Shown here piece by piece: positions 6,513 through 6,676 of a stretch of DNA of 6,676 nt. This DNA comes from Fonticula alba ATCC 38817 (Eukaryota; Protista; Nucleariida): NCBI GenBank assembly GCA_000388065.2, contig KB932202.1; one strand, written 5' to 3'. A program made the position numbers and the translations under genes. The notes under the pieces are model-generated. The model searched no databases, was not told the DNA's origin, and saw only the letters and a program-made list of their open reading frames with translations. Numbering within the stretch: position 1 is the stretch's first letter; every line of letters begins with the position of its first letter.

Positions 6513-6676
6513 GGGAGGCGTGAAGTCCCGGGCCGGCGGGCCGGCCCGGCCCGGCCCGGCCGAAGAGAGACGGTCGCCGGCCGGGGCGCGAGGGGGGGAG
6601 GGCGACATCGAAGTGACCGCCGGTCGGGGCCCGCGACCCGACGCCACGGAGCGGGTTTGCCTGTTTGCCTGCCCCC
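6513..6676 (+). repeat. Terminal direct repeat, right copy
   Basis: Identical to 1-164; offset 6512 bp. Confidence 0.97.

Noticed and set aside
1-6676. LTR retroelement (TG at 6512-6513 before the right copy and CA at 164-165 after the left copy)
   Set aside because: No primer-binding site after the left copy, only a weak purine run (6495-6502) before the right copy, and no gag, RT, RNase H or integrase. The dinucleotides are easily chance.
1-6676. Complete small virus or plasmid genome implied by terminal repeats
   Set aside because: No Rep, capsid, polymerase or packaging motif recognised; the only gene is a spliceosomal-intron-containing cellular eukaryotic gene.

Overview
Very GC-rich, low-complexity eukaryotic nuclear DNA, probably from a microbial eukaryote; the taxon cannot be assigned from sequence alone. 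It has many homopolymer and microsatellite tracts and a 10-N scaffold gap (2067-2076). Only one gene is supportable: a 3-exon, minus-strand C9orf85/DUF2039-like gene (exons 3667-3468, 3250-3137, 2991-2610; 231 aa) with canonical GT-AG introns. The other long ORFs in the track look like by-products of GC-rich repeats or antisense shadows. The main structural oddity is an exact 164-bp direct repeat at the two extreme ends (1-164 = 6513-6676), so the window reads as a terminally redundant 6512-bp unit. That could be a scaffolding artefact (my preferred reading), a tandem array, or a real single-gene circle. I see no recognisable rRNA, tRNA, snRNA, CRISPR array, transposase, reverse transcriptase or viral gene, and no firm evidence for a new multi-gene system. 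The findings are mostly modest, testable observations.
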